DNA of 45,166 nt, from positions 1 through 45,166 of IMG/VR virus record IMGVR_UViG_3300020426_000007; one strand, 5' to 3'. The DNA comes from a virus. Taxonomy: Duplodnaviria > Caudoviricetes. Of this stretch, positions 7,753-17,400 are shown piece after piece. The position numbers were made by a program, and so were the translations under genes. The stretch's first letter is position 1. Each line of letters starts with the position of its first letter. The notes under the pieces are model-generated. The model did no database searches, was not told the origin of the DNA, and saw only the letters and a list, made by a program, of their open reading frames with translations.

Positions 7753-8251
7753 CGATTGGAATGGTTTCGGTAGCCTTGATTTATCGAACATTAATGCGGA
7801 GGCAAAACCCGCACAACTACCAGAACTCGGAGTTGGCAAGCATGACGTTACATGTAAATGGGCGGAGATCAAGGACACGAATACTGGGGGTAAGAAAGTA
7901 TCCTTGAGGTTCGAGGCCAACGATGGCTCTGGTCAGGTTTGGTGCAACCTAAATGTTGTCAACAAAAGCAAGCTGGCGCAAGAAATAGGAAGACGAGGTT
8001 TAAAATCATATTTAATGGCTATGGGGCATCCTACCCCAGATTTGCCAGGGGATATACAAACCTTAGTCGGTGGTCAGTGTGAGGTTGTCCTTCAGTTGGG
8101 TGACGAATACATGGGCAAAAAACAGATAGAGGTTCAATACTTCAACGTCTTGGCATCCCAAGCTAAAAGAAATGCTCAGGAACTCAAGGATGATGATGGT
8201 GGTGATGACACCGCAGAAGGTAATGATTTGGACGACGAAATACCGTTTTAA
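7745..8251 (+). CDS. single-stranded DNA-binding protein (DUF669-like)
   Basis: Acidic C-terminus ending LDDEIPF; follows the Sak4-like gene; SD AAGGAG. Confidence 0.8.
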   Translation: MSNDWNGFGSLDLSNINAEAKPAQLPELGVGKHDVTCKWAEIKDTNTGGKKVSLRFEANDGSGQVWCNLNVVNKSKLAQEIGRRGLKSYLMAMGHPTPDLPGDIQTLVGGQCEVVLQLGDEYMGKKQIEVQYFNVLASQAKRNAQELKDDDGGDDTAEGNDLDDEIPF

Positions 8252-8260
8252 ATAATATAG

Positions 8261-8289
8261 TGGGGGCAACTAAAGTTGTCCCCATTTTT
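8261..8289 (+). terminator. intrinsic terminator after SSB
   Basis: TGGGGGCAAC-TAAA-GTTGTCCCCA followed by TTTTT. Confidence 0.8.
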
Positions 8290-8300
8290 ATTTAAAGGAT

Positions 8301-9122
8301 GTGACCTTGACTTCAGCAGAAGATATTATAAAAAAAATAGATGAAGGCTACGAAAAAGACCATAAAGAAAAAGCCAGAAGCTATATCGGAGCATCAATAA
8401 TAGGCAACCAGTGTGACGCGATGCTTGCGTTTAACCTCAGAGGTTTCCCCAACACTCCCCCTGATCCAAGACTATTAAGAATATTCGGACTAGGACATAT
8501 ACTAGAAGACGAGATCGTTAAGGATTTAAAGAAAAAAGCACAGATGCAAGTGTGGGAAGTTGATGGTCTTACTGGAAACCAACACACATATGAGGCATTA
8601 GGTGGTCATGTTGTGTGCCATATGGATGGGCATATAGATATAGGCGACGAAGAGCTAAGAGTTTTGGAAATTAAAACCATGAACGATGCTAGCTTTTCCA
8701 AGTTTAAAAAGAACGGTGTCAAGGTGAGCCACCCACAATATTATGCACAGTGCCAAATGATGATGGGCTTATCTGATATACCAACATCTTTCTTTATAGC
8801 AGTGAACAAAAATAATTCAGAGTACCACGCACAGATAATCGAGTTTGATGAATTTGAATACGCCTACATCCAAGAAAGAGTAGGCAGAGTAATAAATAAT
8901 GAGGCAAAAAAAATAAGTAAAGATGCTACCGATTGGAGATGCAAGGGCTGTTTCAAGCGTGGTGTGTGTTGGGAAAACAAAGAAGTAGCAAAGATATGTA
9001 AAACTTGTGAACACTCCAGAGCAACAAGTAGTGGAGATTGGCATTGCGTCCGACACGACAAGCTAGCCATAGAAACTTGCGGAGATTATAGCCTCTACCA
9101 ACCACTTAGTAAGGAGGCGTAA
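8301..9122 (+). CDS. Cas4-like PD-(D/E)XK exonuclease
   Basis: RSYIGAS.IG..C, GH..E, HMDG, LEIKT, YYAQCQ and a C-terminal Cys cluster (CKGCFKRGVC). Confidence 0.85.
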   Translation: MTLTSAEDIIKKIDEGYEKDHKEKARSYIGASIIGNQCDAMLAFNLRGFPNTPPDPRLLRIFGLGHILEDEIVKDLKKKAQMQVWEVDGLTGNQHTYEALGGHVVCHMDGHIDIGDEELRVLEIKTMNDASFSKFKKNGVKVSHPQYYAQCQMMMGLSDIPTSFFIAVNKNNSEYHAQIIEFDEFEYAYIQERVGRVINNEAKKISKDATDWRCKGCFKRGVCWENKEVAKICKTCEHSRATSSGDWHCVRHDKLAIETCGDYSLYQPLSKEA

Positions 9123-9461
9123 ATGACAGACGAAAGATTGGCTAAAGAGGCTAGTGTTTTGATGCACACTTATGAGGATTACGCTGGGACCAGAGCGAAG
9201 CTCCTCAAGGAAAAAGAACAATCGCAAGACGAGATTGCATCAATATCTGAGCGCATCGAGGATTTAATCATTAACGCACCGACTGGCGACAGAAATAAAA
9301 AACTTCATGATGAAATTACAAAAGCAAAAGACAAAAGAAAAAGACTGAGAGAAAAGATTACTGAAACAAACTTTAAGGTAAGAGATTGCGAAATCCAGAT
9401 TAAAAGGGTTGAGCTTGAAACGAGACTACTGTTGGGAGGAATTATCGTTGACGAAGATTAG
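9123..9461 (+). CDS. coiled-coil hypothetical protein
   Basis: 112 aa, heptad-rich, SD AAGGAGG. Confidence 0.7.
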   Translation: MTDERLAKEASVLMHTYEDYAGTRAKLLKEKEQSQDEIASISERIEDLIINAPTGDRNKKLHDEITKAKDKRKRLREKITETNFKVRDCEIQIKRVELETRLLLGGIIVDED

Positions 9462-9738
9462 AACTAAAGTTCTCAACAAATCTAACAAAACTATCAATGG
9501 ACCTAGAGCAAAAGATTATGGACCCGCTGATAAAAACCATGAAAGAATAGCTGTAGGTTTTGACGTTATAGCAAAAGCCGCTATTGAAAATGAGGGAAGA
9601 ATTACAAAAGCTCACGTAACACTTATGATGGACTGGGTAAAAACTTGTCGTCTTTGCCACACGATTGACCATGAGGATAGCTGGGTAGACAAGTGCGGTT
9701 ATTCTGCTATCGGTGCTGAACTAAGCAAAACTAAATAG
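9448..9738 (+). CDS. DUF6378-like phage protein
   Basis: GPRAKDYG...N.ERIA...VK..R...DSWVD.CGY; probable TTG start behind GGGAGG. Confidence 0.75.
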   Translation: MTKIRTKVLNKSNKTINGPRAKDYGPADKNHERIAVGFDVIAKAAIENEGRITKAHVTLMMDWVKTCRLCHTIDHEDSWVDKCGYSAIGAELSKTK

Positions 9739-9940
9739 AAGTTCGAGCGTTTTTTGCATGGACGCAGTACGGCATTGCAAATGCTATTCTGTATTGTTCT
9801 GAGTTCTGCATATTTTTAGCCACTAATACAGCCTCTTCCATACAAGCATCTAAGTTGTCATGGTATTCACCTGGTTTAGCGACTAAGGTACAAGACGAAA
9901 CATGAACCGTCATGCAGAATAAAATGACGGGTATAAACAA
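9731..9940 (-). CDS. small Cys-containing exported or membrane protein
   Basis: TTG start behind AAGGAG gives MFIPVILFCMTV...; hydrophobic N-terminus and 4 spaced Cys; last gene of the lysis region. Confidence 0.6.
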   Translation of the reverse strand: MFIPVILFCMTVHVSSCTLVAKPGEYHDNLDACMEEAVLVAKNMQNSEQYRIAFAMPYCVHAKNARTSI

Positions 9941-9950
9941 TTTACTCTCC

Positions 9951-10145
9951 TTATTCTGTTGCACACTCTCCTTGACAACAATCTTCTTGAACACACTTAC
10001 AATCTGCACATTGCGTATGACCGTGTACTTCTACAGGTTCCTTGTCAGAACCGCACCTCTTACACCGTCTTGCACTCTTTGTTTTGTTTTCCACTCTTCT
10101 TTTCCCACCAACATGTATGCGCAAATGTCTAAATAAATCTTGCAT
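9951..10145 (-). CDS. small Cys/His-rich metal-binding protein
   Basis: CKRC...VHGHTQCADC....DCCQGE; TAATG-coupled to the endolysin. Confidence 0.7.
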   Translation of the reverse strand: MQDLFRHLRIHVGGKRRVENKTKSARRCKRCGSDKEPVEVHGHTQCADCKCVQEDCCQGECATE

Positions 10146-10600
10146 TAATCCGATAGTTCAAAATGAGGACCATCGAGGAAAGGTCTCCTTCCTTGCGATC
10201 TCCTAATATCAATATAGCTGTTCATTGCATCTTCCATCGTCCCGTTCCATGTGCCTATATCGGAAACAGTCCATGCACATCCCCACTTCAATGGAACTCC
10301 ATGCGCCCTTGATGCCATAGCAAATGCGTCAGCTATGTCGTCGTAGACCGCAAGCTCCCAACAGACCTCCCCATTTACAAAAGCAAACACATCTATAGCT
10401 CTACCCACTATATGTTTTGATTCTAGTGTCTGTGATCTTTTTGTGTCGTACAAAATTTGCTGACGTTCTTGCGAACGAAGCCCTTCAGAAATTCCGAAGT
10501 CAATGTCGGAGACAGATATAGCCATCTCCGCAAGGCCAACTAAATCTTCATTGACACCTTCTAATTTCTTCATAGATTTTTTTGAGAATGTGTATGCCAT
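10145..10600 (-). CDS. endolysin, M15-family (L-Ala-D-Glu) peptidase
   Basis: EGLRS..RQ, SKH..GRAID and DGPHFEL zinc-peptidase motifs. Confidence 0.92.
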   Translation of the reverse strand: MAYTFSKKSMKKLEGVNEDLVGLAEMAISVSDIDFGISEGLRSQERQQILYDTKRSQTLESKHIVGRAIDVFAFVNGEVCWELAVYDDIADAFAMASRAHGVPLKWGCAWTVSDIGTWNGTMEDAMNSYIDIRRSQGRRPFLDGPHFELSD

Positions 10601-10611
10601 ACTTTACCTTT

Positions 10612-11001
10612 CTATCCTTTCCCCACACCCTTCACACGCTCAAAACTTCTGGCCCCAGCAAGACCAAGCATACCCAGCAAGACGGGCATCATGATTGACA
10701 TGTCAGCCTGCGGGATTACGAAGCCGAACGGTGCGGCGAGTGGTGATATTAAAAAATTTACTGTGAAGCCCAGGACACAGACCCAAGCGGTAGCTGGTCT
10801 CCAAGACGACTGGAACCAGTTGCCCTTTGCTTCTTCTCTGTTTATTTCCAACTGAAGTTTCATTAGCTCCTGATGATGTCGGTCCGTCATCGTTGCTATT
10901 TCGTGGGCTAATTTATTTGCTTGATCCTTGTCCTCGATAACCTTGCCGAGCAATCCGCTAACGGGTTCTATCAATGATCCAAGGAGTGATGTTACTGCCA
11001 T
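10612..11001 (-). CDS. holin, GTA 3TM family
   Basis: IEDKD, NREEA, WFQSSWRP and GMLG..G.RSFE motifs; hydrophobic helices; next to the endolysin. Confidence 0.85.
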   Translation of the reverse strand: MAVTSLLGSLIEPVSGLLGKVIEDKDQANKLAHEIATMTDRHHQELMKLQLEINREEAKGNWFQSSWRPATAWVCVLGFTVNFLISPLAAPFGFVIPQADMSIMMPVLLGMLGLAGARSFERVKGVGKG

Positions 11002-11004
11002 AGG

Positions 11005-11154
11005 TTAAGTCCTCTTTCGTTTAGCTTTATTCTTCTTGCTGTTAGGAAAGCCTGCTTTCATATCAGCATATGCTTTAGGTGATATTGTTGACTTCGATTT
11101 ACTTCTGGATGTTCCAGCTTTCTTTCGCTTGTTAATGTTTCGGTATAAACTCAT
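11005..11154 (-). CDS. small basic protein (49 aa, not in ORF track)
   Basis: MSLYRNINKRKKAGTSRSKSKSTISPKAYADMKAGFPNSKKNKAKRKRT; ATGA overlap with the upstream gene. Confidence 0.75.
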   Translation of the reverse strand: MSLYRNINKRKKAGTSRSKSKSTISPKAYADMKAGFPNSKKNKAKRKRT

Positions 11155-11411
11155 CTGCACCCCCATGCTCTACGCGACCAGTAATTTGCTGATAGCTTGT
11201 TGTTCTTACCTTTTATTCCGCCAGACCTAGCGCAATAAGATTTTTTACGGGCTGGCTGATCTTTCTTGATGGACATGTTAGCGTCCCCAAATCGGATTAT
11301 CTTTTCCTTCCCGCCTTGACATGCTTTCACAACAAACTTTTTACCGCCAGATGTTTGGCGCTTAGGTTTGTTGCAAGGCATACTTTTTTTACTTGCTTTC
11401 TTTTTTGCCAT
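11151..11411 (-). CDS. basic viral protein (DUF5754/DUF6321-like)
   Basis: KKFVVKA...IIRFGD.NM....PARKKSYCAR...SANYWS...W; ATG at 11411 behind AAGGAG. Confidence 0.75.
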   Translation of the reverse strand: MAKKKASKKSMPCNKPKRQTSGGKKFVVKACQGGKEKIIRFGDANMSIKKDQPARKKSYCARSGGIKGKNNKLSANYWSRRAWGCR

Positions 11412-11425
11412 AGTTAGCTCCTTAA

Positions 11426-14400
11426 TTAATACCAATCAGGTATCTTTCTTTTCCCCTTTCTGCCCGTTGGTTCTCCAGCGATTGCAGTTACCGTCCCTTC
11501 TTTAAAGGCTTTATTTCCTCCGAGGACTGGTATTCTTGCCACCACATCTCTTACCGCTGTGCGTTCTTTTGCGTTTGATTTTGTTCGATCAAACACAGCG
11601 TCAGTTATACCTGCGGTAATGTTTATGCCCGTAGTTGCAAGACCGTATGATGGACCTAGAAGCGTACTCATTATACGCTCACGACCATAGGCGGCGTTAT
11701 CTATTTGCTGTGACGTAGTGTGGAAGAGGTCAGCTAAGATGCCCAGACCGCCCATCGCCATCATGCCCTCTAAGTACCAACCGAGAAACTTATCAATGTC
11801 TCCATGCTGTTCTTCTTTAAAGCCAAGAAACTTCGCGGCTGATCTTTTTCTGAAGGCCATCTCTTTTTCTTCTTCGCCACCTCTCATTTGAATAACGTCC
11901 TTGACACCCAAAGCTCCCGCACCAGCAAGAGGTCCAAGTGTTAGTAGATAAGCAAGGGGCGCAAAGTTTTTGTTTGCTTTATTAAAGTTAAGTGTCAGTT
12001 TACCCGCTGTGCCATCTGCCTTTGTCACGCCAAATGCTTCGTTAACTGTGTGCATAAACAATCTGTGCATCATAAGAGGAAACGATTTAAGCTGAGTTAC
12101 AATAGCCCCGAATGGAGTTTGCCACGCCAACGGCATATCATCTACGTTAGGCTGGAATACGGATTGATTTGCAAATCTTATCACCGCTGTTCTTACTTGT
12201 GGATCATCTTCTAGCAAACGAGGATTGCTAATGTTTTCACCACGACGAGAACCTGTTGGGAGAAAGTCTCCAAGACCAACCTTCATTAAGTATCTATGTG
12301 CCGTCTTGTATTCCGTTGTTTGGTTTGCCAGGTTGCCTAAATCTTTTCGATATGACTTAGCGGCTTTTGCTTGCATCGACTTGAAACTTTCGTATGCAGT
12401 AGCGGCGGCAATCTTTCTGTTAAGATCAGTCCAAGGTGTAAGCATTGTTGCGTTAAAGAAGGCGTTAGTCATCTTGCCATCTATTGCGCCATACATATGA
12501 AGTTGTCTTTCGTGAACAATGTTCTCTATAGCCACACCGACATTCTGTATCATGCGGGCAAACTCTGGATCATTCTTATATTTATAGATACCTTTTGCCC
12601 AATCTTTTATTGAACCAGATCGGATTATTGGTAGGGCTGTGTCAGGCAACGATGTAAGTGTTGTCCAACCAAGCAATGTAACGGAGTTAATCCCTCTTAG
12701 TACCTTTGACGTTCTGTTAAGTTTGTTTGAGAAACCGCCAACCTGAGGTTTCTTCTGGGCAACTCGAAGAGCATTTTCCATAAAGTCAAACGTGCCATTA
12801 TCCCACTGAGCCTTTTCTCCATTAAAATCTCTCAGTGCCGCGACGATTGCTTCTTTTCGTCTTGTGTATGCTGGAGGAACTACGCCGCCAAATCCTGTAA
12901 CAGCAACATCGTCTAGCATTTTCTCCACACCAGCTGATCCGTTCTTCAACTGCTCTGCGACCAATGCGGATACAAACCTTGTAGCCATCATGGGTTTGCC
13001 AGCGAAAGGCATTACAACAAGATCGTCCAAGGTGACATCTTCCATGTGTCCTTCTTCGCCCAGTGCGCTGAAGTTCTTTCTAAATGTTTTGTTTTTGCTA
13101 AGAAGGTCTGCTATCGCTTGCCTACCTTTTTCTGCTATATACATGTAGTCATAGAAACCATGAGCGTTTACGCCAAACTGTTCTGTCTGCGCTACTCGTC
13201 TTGATGTCCCGTCAAAATACTTGACAAGCAATGCGTCAAGATCATCCTCTAGGAAATCTTGTAGCTTTGCCATGCTAAGTGGGTACTTTTCAAGCTCCAG
13301 TACACGCCCATGATCTATGTGGTCTGATACAGAATTTCTTGATCCAGCTTTTTGTGGCATAAAGTGTCCATCAGCATCGTCGGCTGTAAGGCGTATAAAA
13401 ATTTCGTCCGCGAATTTTCTCGCCTCATCTGAGGTTCTAACAATGCCAAGGCTAGTGCCTTCTAATTGATAATACTCCATCATGTCCGCTATAAACTTGG
13501 GTTCATTGCTAGCTATTTTTTCTTTATCCCAAATTTGAGGTAGATAATTTTCTCTTTTACCAACGAATATCCCAAGCTCATTCATCTTAACCCACTCTTG
13601 ATCGAAAGCACCGCGCACAGCTTGGTAAACTTTCTTCTCTTGATTGGTTAGTTCAGCGTATTGACGAGAGCCAGTGCCAAATCTTAAAGCGCCAACAATC
13701 CTTGCATGACTTTTTGGTTGTTTAGCTTTTAGTTGTCTAGGCAACAATGGTGAAAGTAGCGTTCTTGGACCACGCTCGAACCATGATCCTACATATCCTC
13801 TTGCGTCAGGAAGCTCTTCCATCAATCTTTTCAGTGGCATATATGTTTTTGCAAACCTTTGGTGAACATCAGGGAAATGGTTTTCAAACCAGTCTCCAGT
13901 CCACTTAGCGCCAATATCTCTCATGGCTGTAGACTGAGAACTCCATAGTCCCATAGGTGTAGCTTTTTTGAGAGCTTGTTCTTCTCTTACATCTAGCGGT
14001 CTCTTCTTACCGATAGACATAATAGCGGATGTAATACTTCTATCTACATGGTTTACCTCAAGAATGTCCCCAACCATGCCAGAAGGAATGTCTGCGACAC
14101 CATCTATATCACCCTCGGTAATCATATTAAGGACTTCCCCATTTAAACCTTTAGGGATAGCCATGTCTTCTCTTTTAAATAAGCGAGGATCGGATGTGTC
14201 AAATTCATTCGCATCAATATGCTTGACGTTTCCAATATCGAAGACGACTACGCCAGTGTGGGGTATTTGCACACCTTCGTATGTTTCTCCATTAGCCATT
14301 CTAGCAATGTTACCAGCCGCATCTTGCGTATTGTAATGCGTTGTCAACATGCCGTCATAACCAATGTCTTCAAGAACTCCGTTCAATTCAGATTGCGCCC

Positions 14401-17400
14401 TACGACCACCTCTGCCAGAGCCTTTTAGTAGCTCGATAAGAGATAGGTACATTTGTTTACCGTTGAGTGGACCATCTTCAAAAGCAGAAGCAAATTTTCC
14501 TAACGCATTTTGCTGAAGGCTGTCTGTCATATTAAGGTAATCTAGGATTGCCCTAACCGCATTGTCATCAGCAGTTGTGTAAGATGCAGTCTCCCTAAAG
14601 TCTATTGGGTTGCGCACGTTAACAACAGTTGGAATAACCATAGGGTCAGTTTTTATGCCTGCTTCTCCAAGCGCATCTTGTATAGCTTCTTCTGCGTCAA
14701 CCATCTCATCCAAATCTTCTTTATATTTTTGGATCGCGTCTTTGTCGCCAACACTTTCAGCTAACCAGTAGTTTCGTCTTCCTTTAGAAATTTGTTTTCT
14801 AATTTCGTGCAAATCCATTGCTTCGTAGATAAGCTCTTCTTTTTGCTCATCTGTTAAATCAGTGTCCATAATTTGCTGACGCATACTTTCTGGCGTTGGT
14901 TTCTTCGCGTAAGTTCCAGAAGCCGCAACAGGGCTGTCGGTTAAGTAAGTCCCTGGTCCATAGAAGCCTATAGTGCTTGGACGCAAGACGACATTAGGAT
15001 TTGTATTTCTGTTGAAGGCATAACCATTAGGTGTGCCGTGATAGTATGGAATGATGTCATCCATACCTTCATCGTGACTGATACCGCCCCTGACAAAATC
15101 CATCATTTGTTCCCGCTTCGCCCTTGGGGTAGCCATCACATAGTCTTTTACTGCGTCTGACGCTAAAGATGGGTGAACGGCTGGACCAGATCGAACCATA
15201 TTTTTTAGAGGGAATTTATCATCAGCTTCAAACATATCTCCATAAAGAGCCAACCTTCTGAATTGTTGTTTGATGTCGTTCCTTCCGATAAGACCGTTAA
15301 CTGTGTATGCCATGTATTCCACCATACGGTCTAACGCTCGTTCAAAAGTATTTCTAAGCCTAATCTTACTGACATCGCCAGTAACCACAGAATTTATTAT
15401 GTCGCCTCTAGCTACACGTTCAGCCATGTATTCAGTAAGGCTCTCTGCAAACCATTCTTCTGCCAAAAGTGCGTCCTGAGTTTTGTCATCTCTGTTTACA
15501 TATTTAGCGCCATATTTGCTTTGCACCCTTTTCTTAACAGGATCATCTGCTTTCATGTAAAGCTCACGAATAGCAGTCATCTCTTCGTCAGGCATGACAT
15601 TGGCACGAACCAACATATGCCCTATTTCGTGGATAATGTCGTAAGGAGATGTTTCTCCCTTAGTTAAACCAACGCTTAATCTACGCATATCACTTCTTAA
15701 TTTTTTAAAGTGAGGCCCACGCAAATCAGCAAACAAAGGAGTGTCTGTTGCCCCAGGCTGTTCACCAGCAAGACGAGCCAAATCTTCTGAACTAAATATA
15801 TTCATTCTTCCGATAGCTTGTTGCTGTGTTTTGCCCATCATATTCAGCATACGATAGGTCATGGTTCTTGCTGTATATTCTATCTCTGGGTCTCTATGGG
15901 TAATGGTTCCTAGAAGCTCTCTAACCGATGCCCGTGCATAAGACGGAACGCCGTCATGAGTAGAAATACCTCTATTGTCATTGATTTCAGTTCGTAGCAG
16001 TCCACTCTTCTGGATAAATGTTGCTGTTATCTTGCCTGGGTCGCCCTTCTTCAAACCCTTATTAGCGTGTCGTCTGCGCAACTCACTCAAAATCATGTCT
16101 ATGTCTTTGGAGTTATTTAGTTCCAGAGCGTCAAGGTATCTTTGTTCTAGGTCAGCTTTGCCCAGAGACATTATTTCCCTAGTAACTTTGACGGTTTTAG
16201 GTGGCGGAATAGCTTTTTCTTTTCGTAATAACTCTATTGCTATCTGGTCGCCAAACTCTGTACCTCTGTGTTCTACATACAACTTCCTGAGTTCGTCAGG
16301 GTTTTTCTCCTTAATGTCAGGGGCATTGCTGTCTGTAACTTTAGGCTTATTTGTTTTCTTCCTCTTTGACGGAGGTGTTTTAGCTATATTTTTTGCCTCG
16401 TTGTCTACAGCTTTCTTTGATCTAGCATCAAGTTTCTTTTTCTTACGAACAGCTGAGTTTGCTTTTCCTCTAGGAGTCGTCTTGGGTTCAGTTGCGGGCC
16501 TGTCTCCAGGCATCTTGCCAAGTTCTTTAGCGTTGTAATGTGCCTCTAACGCATTTTTCATATTGTCCATAGTTTTAGAAAGAGATGTGTTCTCCATCTT
16601 TTTCTCAGCCCCAGGACTTATACCTCGGCTCGGCTTGTACTTACCGTTATATCCATTCTCCCAGAAGTCTCTGATTAGATCGGCTACATCTTGCTCGTCC
16701 GCACTAAGACTAAGGCCATCATCGTAATAGCCAGCAGTCTCGTCTGTCTTGCCCGTTATTCCGTCCCAGTCAGTGTTCTTACCAGACAGTATTTCTGTAA
16801 GATCGTCTATCCGATCATGGATAGTTCTGCGCATACCTCGTCTGCCGTCGAATGGGCCAAAGGTTCTGGACACAGGAAGTCCAGCGGCACTCATCTCAGC
16901 TAGTTTTTTCTTGCTGTATCGAGGCGCTACAGACAGCATAAAACCTACAAGGTCTTTCGTTGCTTGGACAATACCGCTTGCACTGTCCCTATGCAGAGCA
17001 TCCTCTAGGTCTTCCCTTATAAGACTAAGTTCTGTCCAGCGTTTGTTAATATGCTTGGTATAATCAGTTGTTGGTTTAGCATCTGCCCCCAACTTAAACT
17101 TAGGACGTTCTGTATCAGGTAATATTTTAGAAAATAATTTTTCTAAGTCTGGGTCAATCTCAGCATCTTTGGCATATCTCTGAATGATAGCCTTCACATA
17201 CCTGTTTATTTTCTGCCAGAATGTATCTGTCCCAGCAAAATGTCTTTTTCTTGTTACCCAAATATCAAATTGATTTGCAAAGAGTTCTTGCGGACTTGAC
17301 ATAGAGTTTCCGCCACCAAACTTTTGAGTGCCGAGTATTTCATGTTCATACTCCATGCCACCATAACTTGCTAATTTGTTTTGGATAGCGTCTTTATCTA

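Noticed and set aside
8301-9122. Cas4-like gene as a sign of a CRISPR system
   Set aside because: No repeat-spacer array or other cas genes; solo Cas4-like nucleases are common in phage recombination modules.
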